Shown: in pieces, positions 1 through 9,967 of the stretch
Position numbering within the stretch: position 1 is the first letter of the stretch
Layout: every line of letters starts with the position of its first letter
Assembly (NCBI GenBank): GCA_010093605.1
Contig: MU004189.1
Span: 1,123,834 to 1,187,833 of the forward strand
DNA from: Lophium mytilinum
Taxonomy: Eukaryota
Length of the DNA stretch: 64,000 nt
Direction: 5' to 3'
Program-made: the position numbers and the translations under genes
Notes under the pieces: model-generated
Databases searched by the model: none
Seen by the model: the letters and a program-made list of their open reading frames with translations, nothing else
Told to the model about the DNA's origin: nothing

Positions 1-136
1 GGAAGCTCTTTTGTAGTCTAGCGAGTGGCTGGTGCGGAGTTCTTCAGTTACTTGTTTCAAATACCTGAGGTAAGTATGCTCGCGGACGTTCAAGATTGGA
101 CGTTGAGTGTGGCGGTGCACTGGTCCTGAGGCGCTA

Positions 137-178
137 GAGGGCGGCACGGGCTTGTGCACGGGACTAGCTCGTGCACGC
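137..178 (+). repeat. Left terminal inverted repeat (42 bp)
   Basis: GAGGGCGGCACGGGCTTGTGCACGGGACTAGCTCGTGCACGC; exact reverse complement of 2223-2264. Confidence 0.97.
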
Positions 179-329
179 ATTACCAAAAATCACGCACAAT
201 AGAAAAATAAGGTTTTCCACTATAATAAGACTTTCTATACAACTCTATAAGTATAAAGTTAAGGTAACTAAAGCTACTCTTTTACTCTATTATAACTATG
301 TAACTCTCTAGATACTTAAAGGACTTTCT

Positions 330-2141
330 ATTTCTCTATAGCTAGCCTAAGGCCTTAAATATATTAATTTTCTTCTTATTATCTATTATAATAATATACT
401 AAGTTTTTAAAGCTATTTTTCTTAGTATATATAGCTTATAAGCTCTACTTTTACTAAGTAGCTACTAATTAGCTAGCTTTATAGCTTAGGCGGCTTTATC
501 TAATATCTTTTTAGCTCTCTTAGTATTATATACTATTCTCTTATATATATTCTTCTAATGCCGCTACTAAGATACTTACTACTATATTTATACCTATTAT
601 TTCTCTTTTTATATAGCTTTTTAAAGCTTTATATTCTCTTTAGTATTAAAAACCTACTTTTTCTCTTTCTTTTATTTCTTTTAAAGCTTATATACCTATT
701 TTACCTTATTAGGGCTATAGATTATTATAAATCTATCTTCTTTATATATAATAGCTTTAAAAAGAGGCTATTACCTCTTTCTTTTCTTTTATTTCTTCTT
801 AATAGCTCTATATATAGCCTTATATTATATTTCTATAAGCTTAAGCTATATCTCTAGCTTATATACTCTCTATATAAAAGTATAGTTATTTTAGCTTAGT
901 ACCTCTTTTAAAATTCTTACTATAGCTTTCTAGAATATTTCTATACTAAAATTAGCTATAGGAAGTTTCTTCTAAGTACTTATATTATACTAATATTAGA
1001 TTTTCTTTAAAATAACCTTAGAATTATATAGATATATACTAGTCCTTTTAAAGCCTAAAGCTATATTCTTAGGCATTATTATAAGCTTCTATACTAGCTA
1101 AAATAATTAAAAGAAGTTTCTCTTTATAAATCTTATATACCCTTAATTTTAATACTAAAATATTACTAATTAAGTATTATACTATATAGTAAGAGGGCTA
1201 AAAAGAGAGATATTTAATAGCTATAATTTATATATTAAATAAGGTAGAAATATAAAGAGAAGAATTCTATTCTTAATATAAAAGTTAATAAATTTACTTA
1301 TTATATATAAACCGTAGCTATTAACTATTAGTAGCTACTAATCTCTTCTATACTAAGCTTTAGCCTTTATTTCTCTTTAGAATATAGTATATAGCTAGGC
1401 GTAGCCTATAGTATAAAAGGTCTATCTATTTAGTAAAGATCTAAAGAAATAGCTATATTTTTATAGTTTAAAATTCTATAGCTATATATTTTATAGATTA
1501 CTAGAAATAGCTTAGTATATAAGAGTAGAAGAGAGCTTTATTCTATTAGTATAGATAGAAGCTACTACTATAATCTACTCTCTATTTCTATTCTATATAA
1601 TATTCTTAAGCTTTAGTATATTTTTAGTAAAGATTCTATACTATTCTATTAAATAGCTAATAAGAAAGCCCTTTTTATCTATATTATAGATATTATACTA
1701 CTTAATACTATACTACTTAATTTTATTACTAAGAAGCTTAAAGTATAAGCTATAGTAGTATTTTAACTCTATCTTTTACTATATAGAATTAATAGGCTTT
1801 AAATAGCCTATATTTAGCTATATTTTATATTACTTATAGAACTAGTATATCTAGTTTTCTTCTAGCTAAATATTATTTATTTTCTAGGCTAAATAATAGA
1901 GAATTTAATATATAGAGGGTATTTCTTTAGCTATAAGGTAGCTAATATAGGCTAGGAGAGCACTAGATTAAGCGCTATTAAGTAATATTTAAGTATTATA
2001 GCCCACCTCTTTAAATCTAGTAAGGCCGCGGTATAACTATAAAAGTATTAATTAATAGACTCTATTCTTTATAGCGATAGCTTAGAGGTTCTTTCCTTTA
2101 GTAGTAATAGCCTCCTTAATCGCCGCTTTAATTCCCGCCAT
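330..2141 (-). pseudogene. RIP-mutated DDE transposase (Fot1/pogo family); 3' end approximate
   Basis: ATG at 2141 gives MAGIKAAIKEA..NL*AIAIKNRVY*LILL*LYRG (HTH-like N-terminus). About 1340-1190 reads RD**LLIVNSYGLY (de-RIPed ~WRLLIVDGHGSH) and FLPYLIYKL*LLNISLFSPL (~FPPHSTHKLQPLDVSLFSPL), the hallmark Fot1 catalytic motifs. Many stops. Confidence 0.85.
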
Positions 2142-2222
2142 TTTCTAGGTAAATTAGATAATTTTTAATGGAGTTGTGATTTTTTGAAGTTGGTGGTGGT
2201 GGCGCTCGGTTGTGTATTGAGG

Positions 2223-2264
2223 GCGTGCACGAGCTAGTCCCGTGCACAAGCCCGTGCCGCCCTC
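2223..2264 (-). repeat. Right terminal inverted repeat (42 bp)
   Basis: GCGTGCACGAGCTAGTCCCGTGCACAAGCCCGTGCCGCCCTC followed by TA. Confidence 0.97.
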
Positions 2265-2555
2265 TAAATCTCATGCGCCACACCTCCAGGCAACCCTTCC
2301 GTCAGCCTAGCTTTCGTCCCAACTCATCATCAATACCTCCTCCTGCCCGACTTCTTGTTTTTACGATTATATGCCCGAATCGTTTCCTTAGCATCTTATA
2401 CAACGGCTCTTTTCAATTGAGCGCGAGATCGCTGGATCTTCGTCCCGTGTGGCCTCTGGAGAGTCTCAGAGACGCGTCAAAGCCAGAAAGAAGATGATGA
2501 GAAGTCGGCAAGGTTCAGAAAGACGTATATTACATATGATCCATCAATCTGAGCC

Positions 2556-3707
2556 ATGGCTGGAGAGAACTGTGTTTCTATGCCGTCAATTCAGAGGCTT
2601 AGCACTCCGGAGTTCGCTACTTTGAGCCCAGAGTCCACGACACTGAGTCCAGGATCCGCCAGATATTCTTCAGGGTCTCCAGAGGCTGTCAAATCTACCA
2701 AGAAACGGCTACGTGAAACAGCGAGTCCATTTGACGAAAGCGAAGAAGATTTTTCAGGCCCCAAGCGCTTCTGCTCTCTAGAAGGGCTTCCCGCTTGGAT
2801 CACGGAAGATGTTTCCAACGATGAGATGACTGATGCCAACTGCGAGGTGACGGTAGTTGAGTACCATCTCGGTTCTATCGAAGAGCGGGTCATGGTGATG
2901 GATGGTGGGGCTCCATATATCCCTGCCAAGGATGCGCAACAAACATCGAGTAATCACGACGCCCCCGAGACTGAAAGGTGGTTGCATCGAGATGAGGACA
3001 CCAAGGAAGCCTGGGCCGAAGCCCTGATGCAAGTTTTGTCTCCCGATGAGCCCGATAGCGATGAAGAGGAGTCATGGAGCGAGAGCGAGACATCGGACGA
3101 GTCAATTCCTTACTGGGATCCCTTTCAACATGATATCTGGGAGGTTAGAGAGAGAACCGAAGTGCCGGCCCTGAAGCCACCGGAGCTTCCGAGCTTAGAA
3201 GAGTGGAGAGCGATGGAAGGCATGGGCTTTGATAGTGCTGATAGCGACCAAGAAGCTCAGGAAGCTCGCAATGAAGCCGAGGAGACAGCGTCTGTTTGCG
3301 GCGTATGCGAAGAAGGAGCGTGGGAAAGAGGCGAAGGACTTATCCGGGAAGAAGGCGAGAAGTCCGCTTGGGAGCAAGATGCGGTGCCAAGCGAAGAAGA
3401 GTTGGGGGATCTGATGATGGCGGATCTCATCATTCCAAATTATCCCGACGCCAACCAAGAGGAAGCGTGGAGGAATCTTAAGATACTAGACGCGTGTTCT
3501 ATTTGTGGGCAAAGCTGTTCCCCTATAGTCTGTGAGGGCTTCGCAAACGGCGCGATAAGCGAGGAAGGCGAAAGATTAGTCCACGAGCAAGACACTGTTC
3601 CGAGCGAAGAAGAGAGAAAGGCAATTATGGATGCATTGGTTCCAGAATATCCTGATATGGACCAGGAAGAAGCTTTCTATGAATGCCATGCCGATAAAGG
3701 GAGCTGA
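2556..3707 (+). CDS. Hypothetical acidic protein (383 aa) with bipartite NLS-like motif and a duplicated C-terminal module
   Basis: Uninterrupted 383-codon ORF from ATG, very E/D-rich. KKR-x17-PKR motif. Two copies of EEGE..EQD.VPSEEE...P.YPD..QEEA, each preceded by CxxC. Confidence 0.7.
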   Translation: MAGENCVSMPSIQRLSTPEFATLSPESTTLSPGSARYSSGSPEAVKSTKKRLRETASPFDESEEDFSGPKRFCSLEGLPAWITEDVSNDEMTDANCEVTVVEYHLGSIEERVMVMDGGAPYIPAKDAQQTSSNHDAPETERWLHRDEDTKEAWAEALMQVLSPDEPDSDEEESWSESETSDESIPYWDPFQHDIWEVRERTEVPALKPPELPSLEEWRAMEGMGFDSADSDQEAQEARNEAEETASVCGVCEEGAWERGEGLIREEGEKSAWEQDAVPSEEELGDLMMADLIIPNYPDANQEEAWRNLKILDACSICGQSCSPIVCEGFANGAISEEGERLVHEQDTVPSEEERKAIMDALVPEYPDMDQEEAFYECHADKGS

Positions 3708-4423
3708 TCATGTATCGAGTATACAGATACAAGAGGAACGACGAGGAAGCATGGGAGCGCCGCACGCAGGGTACTTGCCGAGTTGCAACAAGCTAAGAAC
3801 GAGGCACTTGAAAGGGAATAGACTGTAGCCTGACTGGTGTACCTACATCATACGGGCATGGCTCTTGGCATTCTCAAATACCACTGCTCTATTTTACCGT
3901 CACTCAGCCAATTAACCAAAAGACTTCGAAATTTCGGCTCATATCCAGGTTCATTCAGTTTTGCACCCACGTACTTAAAGCTTCCGGGCGCCTTTAGAGA
4001 TAGAACTAGGTTGAGCCATGGCGAGCCTGTATGCACTTCTGACAAGTTACTGTACGGCTTACTCTTCTGTTGTACTCAGGCATGAATCAAGGCCGGCATC
4101 GTGCCTGATAAGATTCCAATGGCAACCCCCTGCATCTGAGGTCCAATTAGAAAGTATCGTGGCGTATCGGGACGGGGCGCAGCCGCAGCGCTAAAGCCGG
4201 CCCCCATGTGGGATCTTCGAGTCAACCTCAGCCTGACTTCCGTCCCAAACCACCTGCATCACCAACCATCCTTTACCACTCATTACCGCACATTCGTTTA
4301 CTAGATGTCGCCTTCAGTACCAGAAATTTGCTTGCTAGAACCTGCCCGCGTTAGGGGCTCGACTGCGGATCTTCCTATGCGCTGCAAGAGGAGGCCAGGC
4401 GGAGCGGCTAAAGGCTGAAAAGG

Positions 4424-7114
4424 ATGTTCGAAGGACAATTGCTACGCCAGTCAGCCAGTATTTTGGGCCCTGTAAAGAAGGAGAAGTTTCTCTTTGAGAA
4501 TGGAACCAATGCCGTCGATAAGGTGCTTGTCGATGGGGGTGTATCGGAAACCATGGCCCACGAGGCGCGCTCTGTCCCTTCGTCTCCTACGATGAGCTCT
4601 CCCAGAACCCCCTCCTTGACCGCGGGCCTCTTTACCCAACAATCGCCTATTGAAGCCAATGCTCCATTCGCTCGCATCAGCACGATCAACAAGCACGTTG
4701 CGACGCCTAAAGTTTCAGCCAATTCCAGCAAAAAACGAGCCCGAGACACGAGCAAAAGTGGCGGCGAGGAAAAGGAAGGGCTGCCGGAACCTAAGCGGAT
4801 TCGTAAGCCAAGACGATTCCCCAGGGTTGTCCGACCCAAGAAAGAGTTAGTCCCCCTCGTCGAGTACGTGCCTCGTAACCAAGAAAGAAAGAGAATCGAA
4901 ACTCCGATCGCGAAAGATGGGAAGATACTGTCCCTGAAATTTTGTGCCGAGTGCGCTGTATTAGACCTGGAAAACGGGTTTACGCCTAGGCCTACTGGCA
5001 GATATGAGCCAAAGCTTTTGCGATCTTGGACTCGAAAGACTCTAACAGAGGACGAGCGTTCTTGCGAGCTTTGCGACCTTTTCGAAGCCTTTGTTTCAGA
5101 CCCGGAGTATGACAAGGTCGACACATTTTGGATCTGCTATGATTCGGCCAGCTCAAGGCTAAGGCTAGCACCACCAGGAGAGTCCCAGAGTACTTCCGAC
5201 GCTGTTGTTCTTGGCGTTTATTTACCATATGATATCGAACTCGACGAGCCGTCCGAAAGCTCTCTATCCGGCCTGGGCATTATCGCACCAGGTTACGTCG
5301 ACATATCCGAGCCCACAAATTTTAATTATCACCCGATAAACCCTACCAACATCGATTTCAGCGTGCCATTAAGCTGGCTTCATGAGTGCCAGAGATACCA
5401 TGATTGTGGGTCCGGTGCCGAAAAAGATCATTTTCCGATCAAACTCATTGATTGTGATAAGAACGAAATTATCCTCGCTGACACGAGTTACAAGTATGCA
5501 GCATTGAGCTATGTTTGGGGTCAACAAGACGAACTTACCCCTCCAACATTCGTCCAGAAGTACACGGGCAACGTTCGGCAGGATCTAGATCAACTATTAA
5601 ATGCACCTCGAACAATTAAAGATGCCATTACAGCGACACAGAAACTGAACTTACGTTACCTTTGGGTTGATCGCCATTGTATCAACCAGAAAAATGCATC
5701 GGAAAAGCACACACAAATTGCGGCGATGCACTTGATCTATCGGAGTGCCGAAGTCACACTAGTTGCGGCTTGTGGAGACGACGATTCATTTGGCCTTCCT
5801 GGCGTTGGGCTAACGCCACGGATATCCCTTCCCGAAGTAACCATTGGAAGTCTACGCCTTGGCTTAGCTTTACCTAATCCAGCTCAACTTCTCAGCAAAA
5901 GTCGATGGGCCAGCCGGGCTTGGACCTACCAAGAAGCTCTCCTCTCTCGTCGAAGACTGATTTTCACTACGCGAGAGGTATATCTTGAATGCCAATGTGC
6001 GCGTTACTGCGAGTCCCTAGATTCGAACTTGAGAGGCGTAGACGATAGATTACCGCCCACTGATTTGATGCGAATTCCCACCACGGCCGATCAATGGGAA
6101 ATCTACCAGTGCATCAGCGAATATTCGAAGCGCGAGCTGAGCTACGACTCCGACGCACTATATGGAGTGTTCGGTGTTCTTGAGATCTACCAGTCGTTAT
6201 CGCAGGGTAACCTGCATCAGATTTGCGGTATACCCATCATTCCTTTCTCGGCCGAGGAACACGAAGCGCGTCTCGAACCGACTTCGCCTACGATCGGGAG
6301 TCTAAAGAGATCATATAGTGAATTCTCGCGAGACGAAGCCGTAGGCTCTCGTCTAGCCGAGAGTTTTATCGAAGGCTTACTCTGGGACCTTGAGACCTCC
6401 GGCCGGCGACGACATCAATTCCCGAGCTGGTGCTGGACCGGCTGGGCTGGCGAGGTCGCTTTCCACCAGATTCCCACCGATAGACCTATTGCCATTAGCG
6501 GCGAGATCTCTATAGAGCTCAGAAATAACAAACGCAGGCGGTTGAACGACCCCCAGTGGACGCAGTCCTTAGACAGAAGTGGAGATTCCGATGACACACC
6601 ACGGTATCTCCGATTTACTACATATATCCAGCCGATTCGCATACAGGGCCGGCCGGATTGTATTCCAAATGAAGGCAATAGCCCATACTATGCGCGGCTG
6701 AGTATAAAGTCTCCGACCCGCAATCTCCAGTCTTATTTCAGAGTTACTCTCTTTCAAAGCGACCACGTATCCACGCCACCGGGGGATGTTGTTGCTATTC
6801 TGTGGCCGCCAGGGAGGGTTATCGTAGACGCTGAAAGGAGTGTTTGGGATGAGTCGCGCCATCTCCCACTTGTACAGATAGAGAATGGCGTTGCGGAACG
6901 TATTGGTACTCTTCATTTGCACAATATGTACTTATGTGACGAGAAGTTGCATAGCGAGTCACCGAAGGAGCTGTCTGCGGACGTTAAGCCGCATTTTGCT
7001 GTGAAGCAGCACCAGCTGGGGCGAGAAGGGTTTGAGCGGTTTGGTTTCTGGGACTGGGAGGAAATGATAGAGTGGGAGAGTCTGCCTATTCTCACAGAGA
7101 TACTGTTAGGGTAA
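4424..7114 (+). CDS. HET-domain (heterokaryon incompatibility, TOL-like) protein, 896 aa, with N-terminal extension; start may be a downstream ATG
   Basis: HET motifs YAALSYVWG, PRTIKDAI..LNLRYLWVDRHCINQ, QIAAMHLIYRSA.VTLVAA, WASRAWTYQE, plus FPSWCWTGW; CxxC pairs N-terminal to the domain. Confidence 0.93.
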   Translation: MFEGQLLRQSASILGPVKKEKFLFENGTNAVDKVLVDGGVSETMAHEARSVPSSPTMSSPRTPSLTAGLFTQQSPIEANAPFARISTINKHVATPKVSANSSKKRARDTSKSGGEEKEGLPEPKRIRKPRRFPRVVRPKKELVPLVEYVPRNQERKRIETPIAKDGKILSLKFCAECAVLDLENGFTPRPTGRYEPKLLRSWTRKTLTEDERSCELCDLFEAFVSDPEYDKVDTFWICYDSASSRLRLAPPGESQSTSDAVVLGVYLPYDIELDEPSESSLSGLGIIAPGYVDISEPTNFNYHPINPTNIDFSVPLSWLHECQRYHDCGSGAEKDHFPIKLIDCDKNEIILADTSYKYAALSYVWGQQDELTPPTFVQKYTGNVRQDLDQLLNAPRTIKDAITATQKLNLRYLWVDRHCINQKNASEKHTQIAAMHLIYRSAEVTLVAACGDDDSFGLPGVGLTPRISLPEVTIGSLRLGLALPNPAQLLSKSRWASRAWTYQEALLSRRRLIFTTREVYLECQCARYCESLDSNLRGVDDRLPPTDLMRIPTTADQWEIYQCISEYSKRELSYDSDALYGVFGVLEIYQSLSQGNLHQICGIPIIPFSAEEHEARLEPTSPTIGSLKRSYSEFSRDEAVGSRLAESFIEGLLWDLETSGRRRHQFPSWCWTGWAGEVAFHQIPTDRPIAISGEISIELRNNKRRRLNDPQWTQSLDRSGDSDDTPRYLRFTTYIQPIRIQGRPDCIPNEGNSPYYARLSIKSPTRNLQSYFRVTLFQSDHVSTPPGDVVAILWPPGRVIVDAERSVWDESRHLPLVQIENGVAERIGTLHLHNMYLCDEKLHSESPKELSADVKPHFAVKQHQLGREGFERFGFWDWEEMIEWESLPILTEILLG

Positions 7115-7648
7115 ATAAGCTGTGTTACATGAAAAATGTAAGATGCTGGCTCTGAGGTCCCGACGCAGCCTGCAGGCTCCCTTGAGCAAGAAGTGGTATT
7201 TCACGAGTCTGTAAAACTATCTTAAAAGTTCATGTTCAGAACCTCAGTATGAAACTCCTCTTGGGTTTGCCTAACACGGCTTGAGGTAGTTACCCTGGTA
7301 CAGTATCAAAAGTTCGAACTGACACTTTCAGCTAGTATTATAATTCGCCAGGCCACCTCAAACACCTGTAGTCGCCGCTTTGCGATCGATGGAGTCTTCC
7401 ACGTGACTAAGTTAGCTCGCCAAGGCACTATGCCGGATGTGATGCCTGCGCCTCTCTCCTGCAGTGAACCTCAGCCTGACCCCTCATGCCTCCCATCTTC
7501 TTCTCGTTGCAACCCAAAGTTTGCTGTCCTCATCTGTTCCAGCTTAACTTCGCCCGTATTTTTGAGTCGACTGTTGATACGTCCTGCCATATTCTGATAC
7601 TATTCTCTCTAGCCTGACTGGATACCTTCGTCACCAGCGATCGCCTCC

Positions 7649-9967
7649 ATGGACGACCAGGCTCCCGTTCTGTTTTCTGGCCTTTCGGAGCAGACAGAGG
7701 AAGCTCCAACCTCTAGTATAGAGGAACAGCAGATGGGTGTATCTTCACCTCGGACTCGGCAAAATCTACCACAGCCTCGACAACACCTGTGTTCTCAATG
7801 CTCCCTGCTCGATCTAGAGAGTCTCTTCAACTCTCCTCTTGAAAGCGAGCCTTCTAGCCATGGCAATGTCCGTGTTTGCATCGTGGCAGGGGGAAACGTT
7901 AATTTACCGGCTTGCGCACTGTGCGATTTGCTACAAGCTCTCGTGCCACCAGATCGACTCGGAAATCTCGATTGGGAAGTCAGATGCTGCTTCCTTTCTG
8001 ATAGAAATCCTCCGGGAGAGGAGTGGCCCTTCCCGGCTCCGCATACGCGCCATTCTTGCAAGTACCTTGGTGTCATGCCTTGCTCCTTCAAGACGTCTGA
8101 GGACGATCGAAACAGGTTTGCCAACAATTATGGAGTCAGTTTTTTCAACGAATATGGTATCATAGCGCCGTCATACCCCGGTTTTGGACATTCGTGGGAC
8201 TTTCCCATTCGCGCTATCGATCCAATTATTAGTGACTGGAGCATTTTGACGGATTGGATCCATCGCTGTGAATTCGATCATTGCCCATGTAACGCGACTC
8301 CACCGGCGGCTTCCTTCCAAATCAAACTCATTGACTGCATGGATAAAAGTATCGTCATTGCCAGCACTAGTTGCAAATACGTAGCTCTGAGCTACGTTTG
8401 GGGCTATGGCCAAACGGTCCAGTCACCTGAGAACGGGGTCTTGCCCACAGAAATACCTCGAACCATATCGGACGCTGTCAAGGCTACCATAAGCCTTGGG
8501 TATCAATATTTATGGTGCGATCGATATTGCATTGACCAACATAACATCACGGAGAAGCAGCAACAAATTGGCTCTATGGATTGCATTTACCGCAACGCAC
8601 ATATTACCATCATCGCTGCTAGTGGTGAAGACGATGACTTCGGCTTACCCGGCGTAAATCACACTCCCCGCATACTACACCCGGAGATTTTTCTTGCTAA
8701 CGCGCGACTCTCGTGTGCAATTCCCGATCCAATTCACATACTCTCGAAGTCCAAATGGGCTAGTAGAGCGTGGACTTATCAAGAAGCTCTTCTCTCGAAA
8801 AGGCGTCTCATTTTCACCGAACAATGCGTTTATTTTGAGTGTCAAATGACGAGGTACTGTGAAGCGATACACTGGAGACCGACTGCTCTCCGTCAGAAGC
8901 ATACATGGTACCAACCTTATAGGATGAAGATTCCCACGGACGAAATAGACAAGTGGACTATTCTCGATCGAATCACAGAATACTCCAAGCGAGAGTTGAC
9001 CTATGATTTTGACGTTCTGAACGCATTCTCGGGTATAATGAGGTTGTATCAGTCTTTGTCGCCCAGACTGCACTACCTTTGCGGAATTCCACTTCTTTAT
9101 GAGCATGAGCATGATTCCGAACCCAAGTGGCCTGCACGTGGGCTAATGTGGAGCTTTGGAGACCCCGGTCAAAGGCGGTCTAATTTTCCGAGTTGGTGTT
9201 GGACTGGGTGGAAGGGTACAGTCCGTTTCTCCCATACCGGCTCTACCCATTTCCCCGCAGTGAAAATCAAGGCCGAGACTCGGCACGGTCTAGTATCAGT
9301 GCGAAATGAAGAAGAGATTCAATCAATCGAGCGGAGCCACGATCTAGAAAATACGCCCCGCTATTTGCGCATCTCGTCTTGGTGCCTTGATCTTATTATC
9401 GTCGATCGTCCCGCTTTCATCCTCCCGGACGCTAATACTTGGAACACCCACTACGCCGAGTTCAAATGCAAGCCTACAGGCTCCGACAATTGTGCTTATC
9501 TTCAGGTTCAATTCCTCCAGCACGACTACCATCATGTGGAAAACATGCAAGACATGTTCTGCATCATGTTTAGCTCTGGAGAGTTAACACTCACATATCA
9601 CTACGAACACGACTTACCTATGGATCAGGGCTACTGGCAGTTTGACTATCTACAGAAACTCCCGGTAGTTCGACTCAAAGGTGAGACAGCCGAACGGGTT
9701 GGGACTATTGAATTTATGAGGATATATGTGGACGATCAGAGATTGTCACCCTCTGGCGTTGGGTGCGCAGATACAGCTCAGAAGAGATCTTTGTTAGGGG
9801 CTATTCCATCGTCAGCGCCTCCTACCCAGCCCTTTGAAGATGCTGTCGATCGAGATTCCGACTCTCAACAAAGCTCTTCTACCAGCAAGTCGCACTGGTA
9901 CTGGAAAGAAGGCAGCGACTTGGACCTGAGGCTGCAGTCCGAGTACCGGACTATACGGCTAGGATGA
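7649..9967 (+). CDS. HET-domain (TOL-like) protein, 772 aa, tandem paralog of 4424-7114
   Basis: YVALSYVWG, PRTISDAV..LGYQYLWCDRYCIDQ, QIGSMDCIYRNA, WASRAWTYQEALLS, YSKRELTYD, FPSWCWTGW; collinear with the upstream gene. Confidence 0.94.
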   Translation: MDDQAPVLFSGLSEQTEEAPTSSIEEQQMGVSSPRTRQNLPQPRQHLCSQCSLLDLESLFNSPLESEPSSHGNVRVCIVAGGNVNLPACALCDLLQALVPPDRLGNLDWEVRCCFLSDRNPPGEEWPFPAPHTRHSCKYLGVMPCSFKTSEDDRNRFANNYGVSFFNEYGIIAPSYPGFGHSWDFPIRAIDPIISDWSILTDWIHRCEFDHCPCNATPPAASFQIKLIDCMDKSIVIASTSCKYVALSYVWGYGQTVQSPENGVLPTEIPRTISDAVKATISLGYQYLWCDRYCIDQHNITEKQQQIGSMDCIYRNAHITIIAASGEDDDFGLPGVNHTPRILHPEIFLANARLSCAIPDPIHILSKSKWASRAWTYQEALLSKRRLIFTEQCVYFECQMTRYCEAIHWRPTALRQKHTWYQPYRMKIPTDEIDKWTILDRITEYSKRELTYDFDVLNAFSGIMRLYQSLSPRLHYLCGIPLLYEHEHDSEPKWPARGLMWSFGDPGQRRSNFPSWCWTGWKGTVRFSHTGSTHFPAVKIKAETRHGLVSVRNEEEIQSIERSHDLENTPRYLRISSWCLDLIIVDRPAFILPDANTWNTHYAEFKCKPTGSDNCAYLQVQFLQHDYHHVENMQDMFCIMFSSGELTLTYHYEHDLPMDQGYWQFDYLQKLPVVRLKGETAERVGTIEFMRIYVDDQRLSPSGVGCADTAQKRSLLGAIPSSAPPTQPFEDAVDRDSDSQQSSSTSKSHWYWKEGSDLDLRLQSEYRTIRLG

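Larger units (their letters stand above)
137..2264 (-). mobile_element. Fot1/pogo-type (Tc1-mariner superfamily) DNA transposon, full length, RIP-inactivated
   Basis: Perfect 42-bp terminal inverted repeats (137-178 / 2223-2264) flanked by TA on both sides (135-136, 2265-2266). Interior is extremely AT/TpA-rich. Minus-strand relic motifs read as a Fot1-like DDE transposase once C>T/G>A changes are reversed. Confidence 0.93.

Noticed and set aside
558..857. 99-aa Leu/Phe/Tyr-rich ORF that looks like a membrane protein
   Set aside because: Lies antisense within the RIPed transposase; its composition is an artefact of AT enrichment.
135..2266. hAT assignment, because the ends could be read as TAGAG...
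   Set aside because: No 8-bp TSD (TGAGGCGC vs AATCTCAT); the TA duplication and Fot1-type DDE motifs fit pogo/Tc1-mariner.
4408..5124. 238-aa antisense ORF over the HET1 5' region (and similar antisense ORFs over other genes)
   Set aside because: Shadow frames of real genes with no independent motifs.
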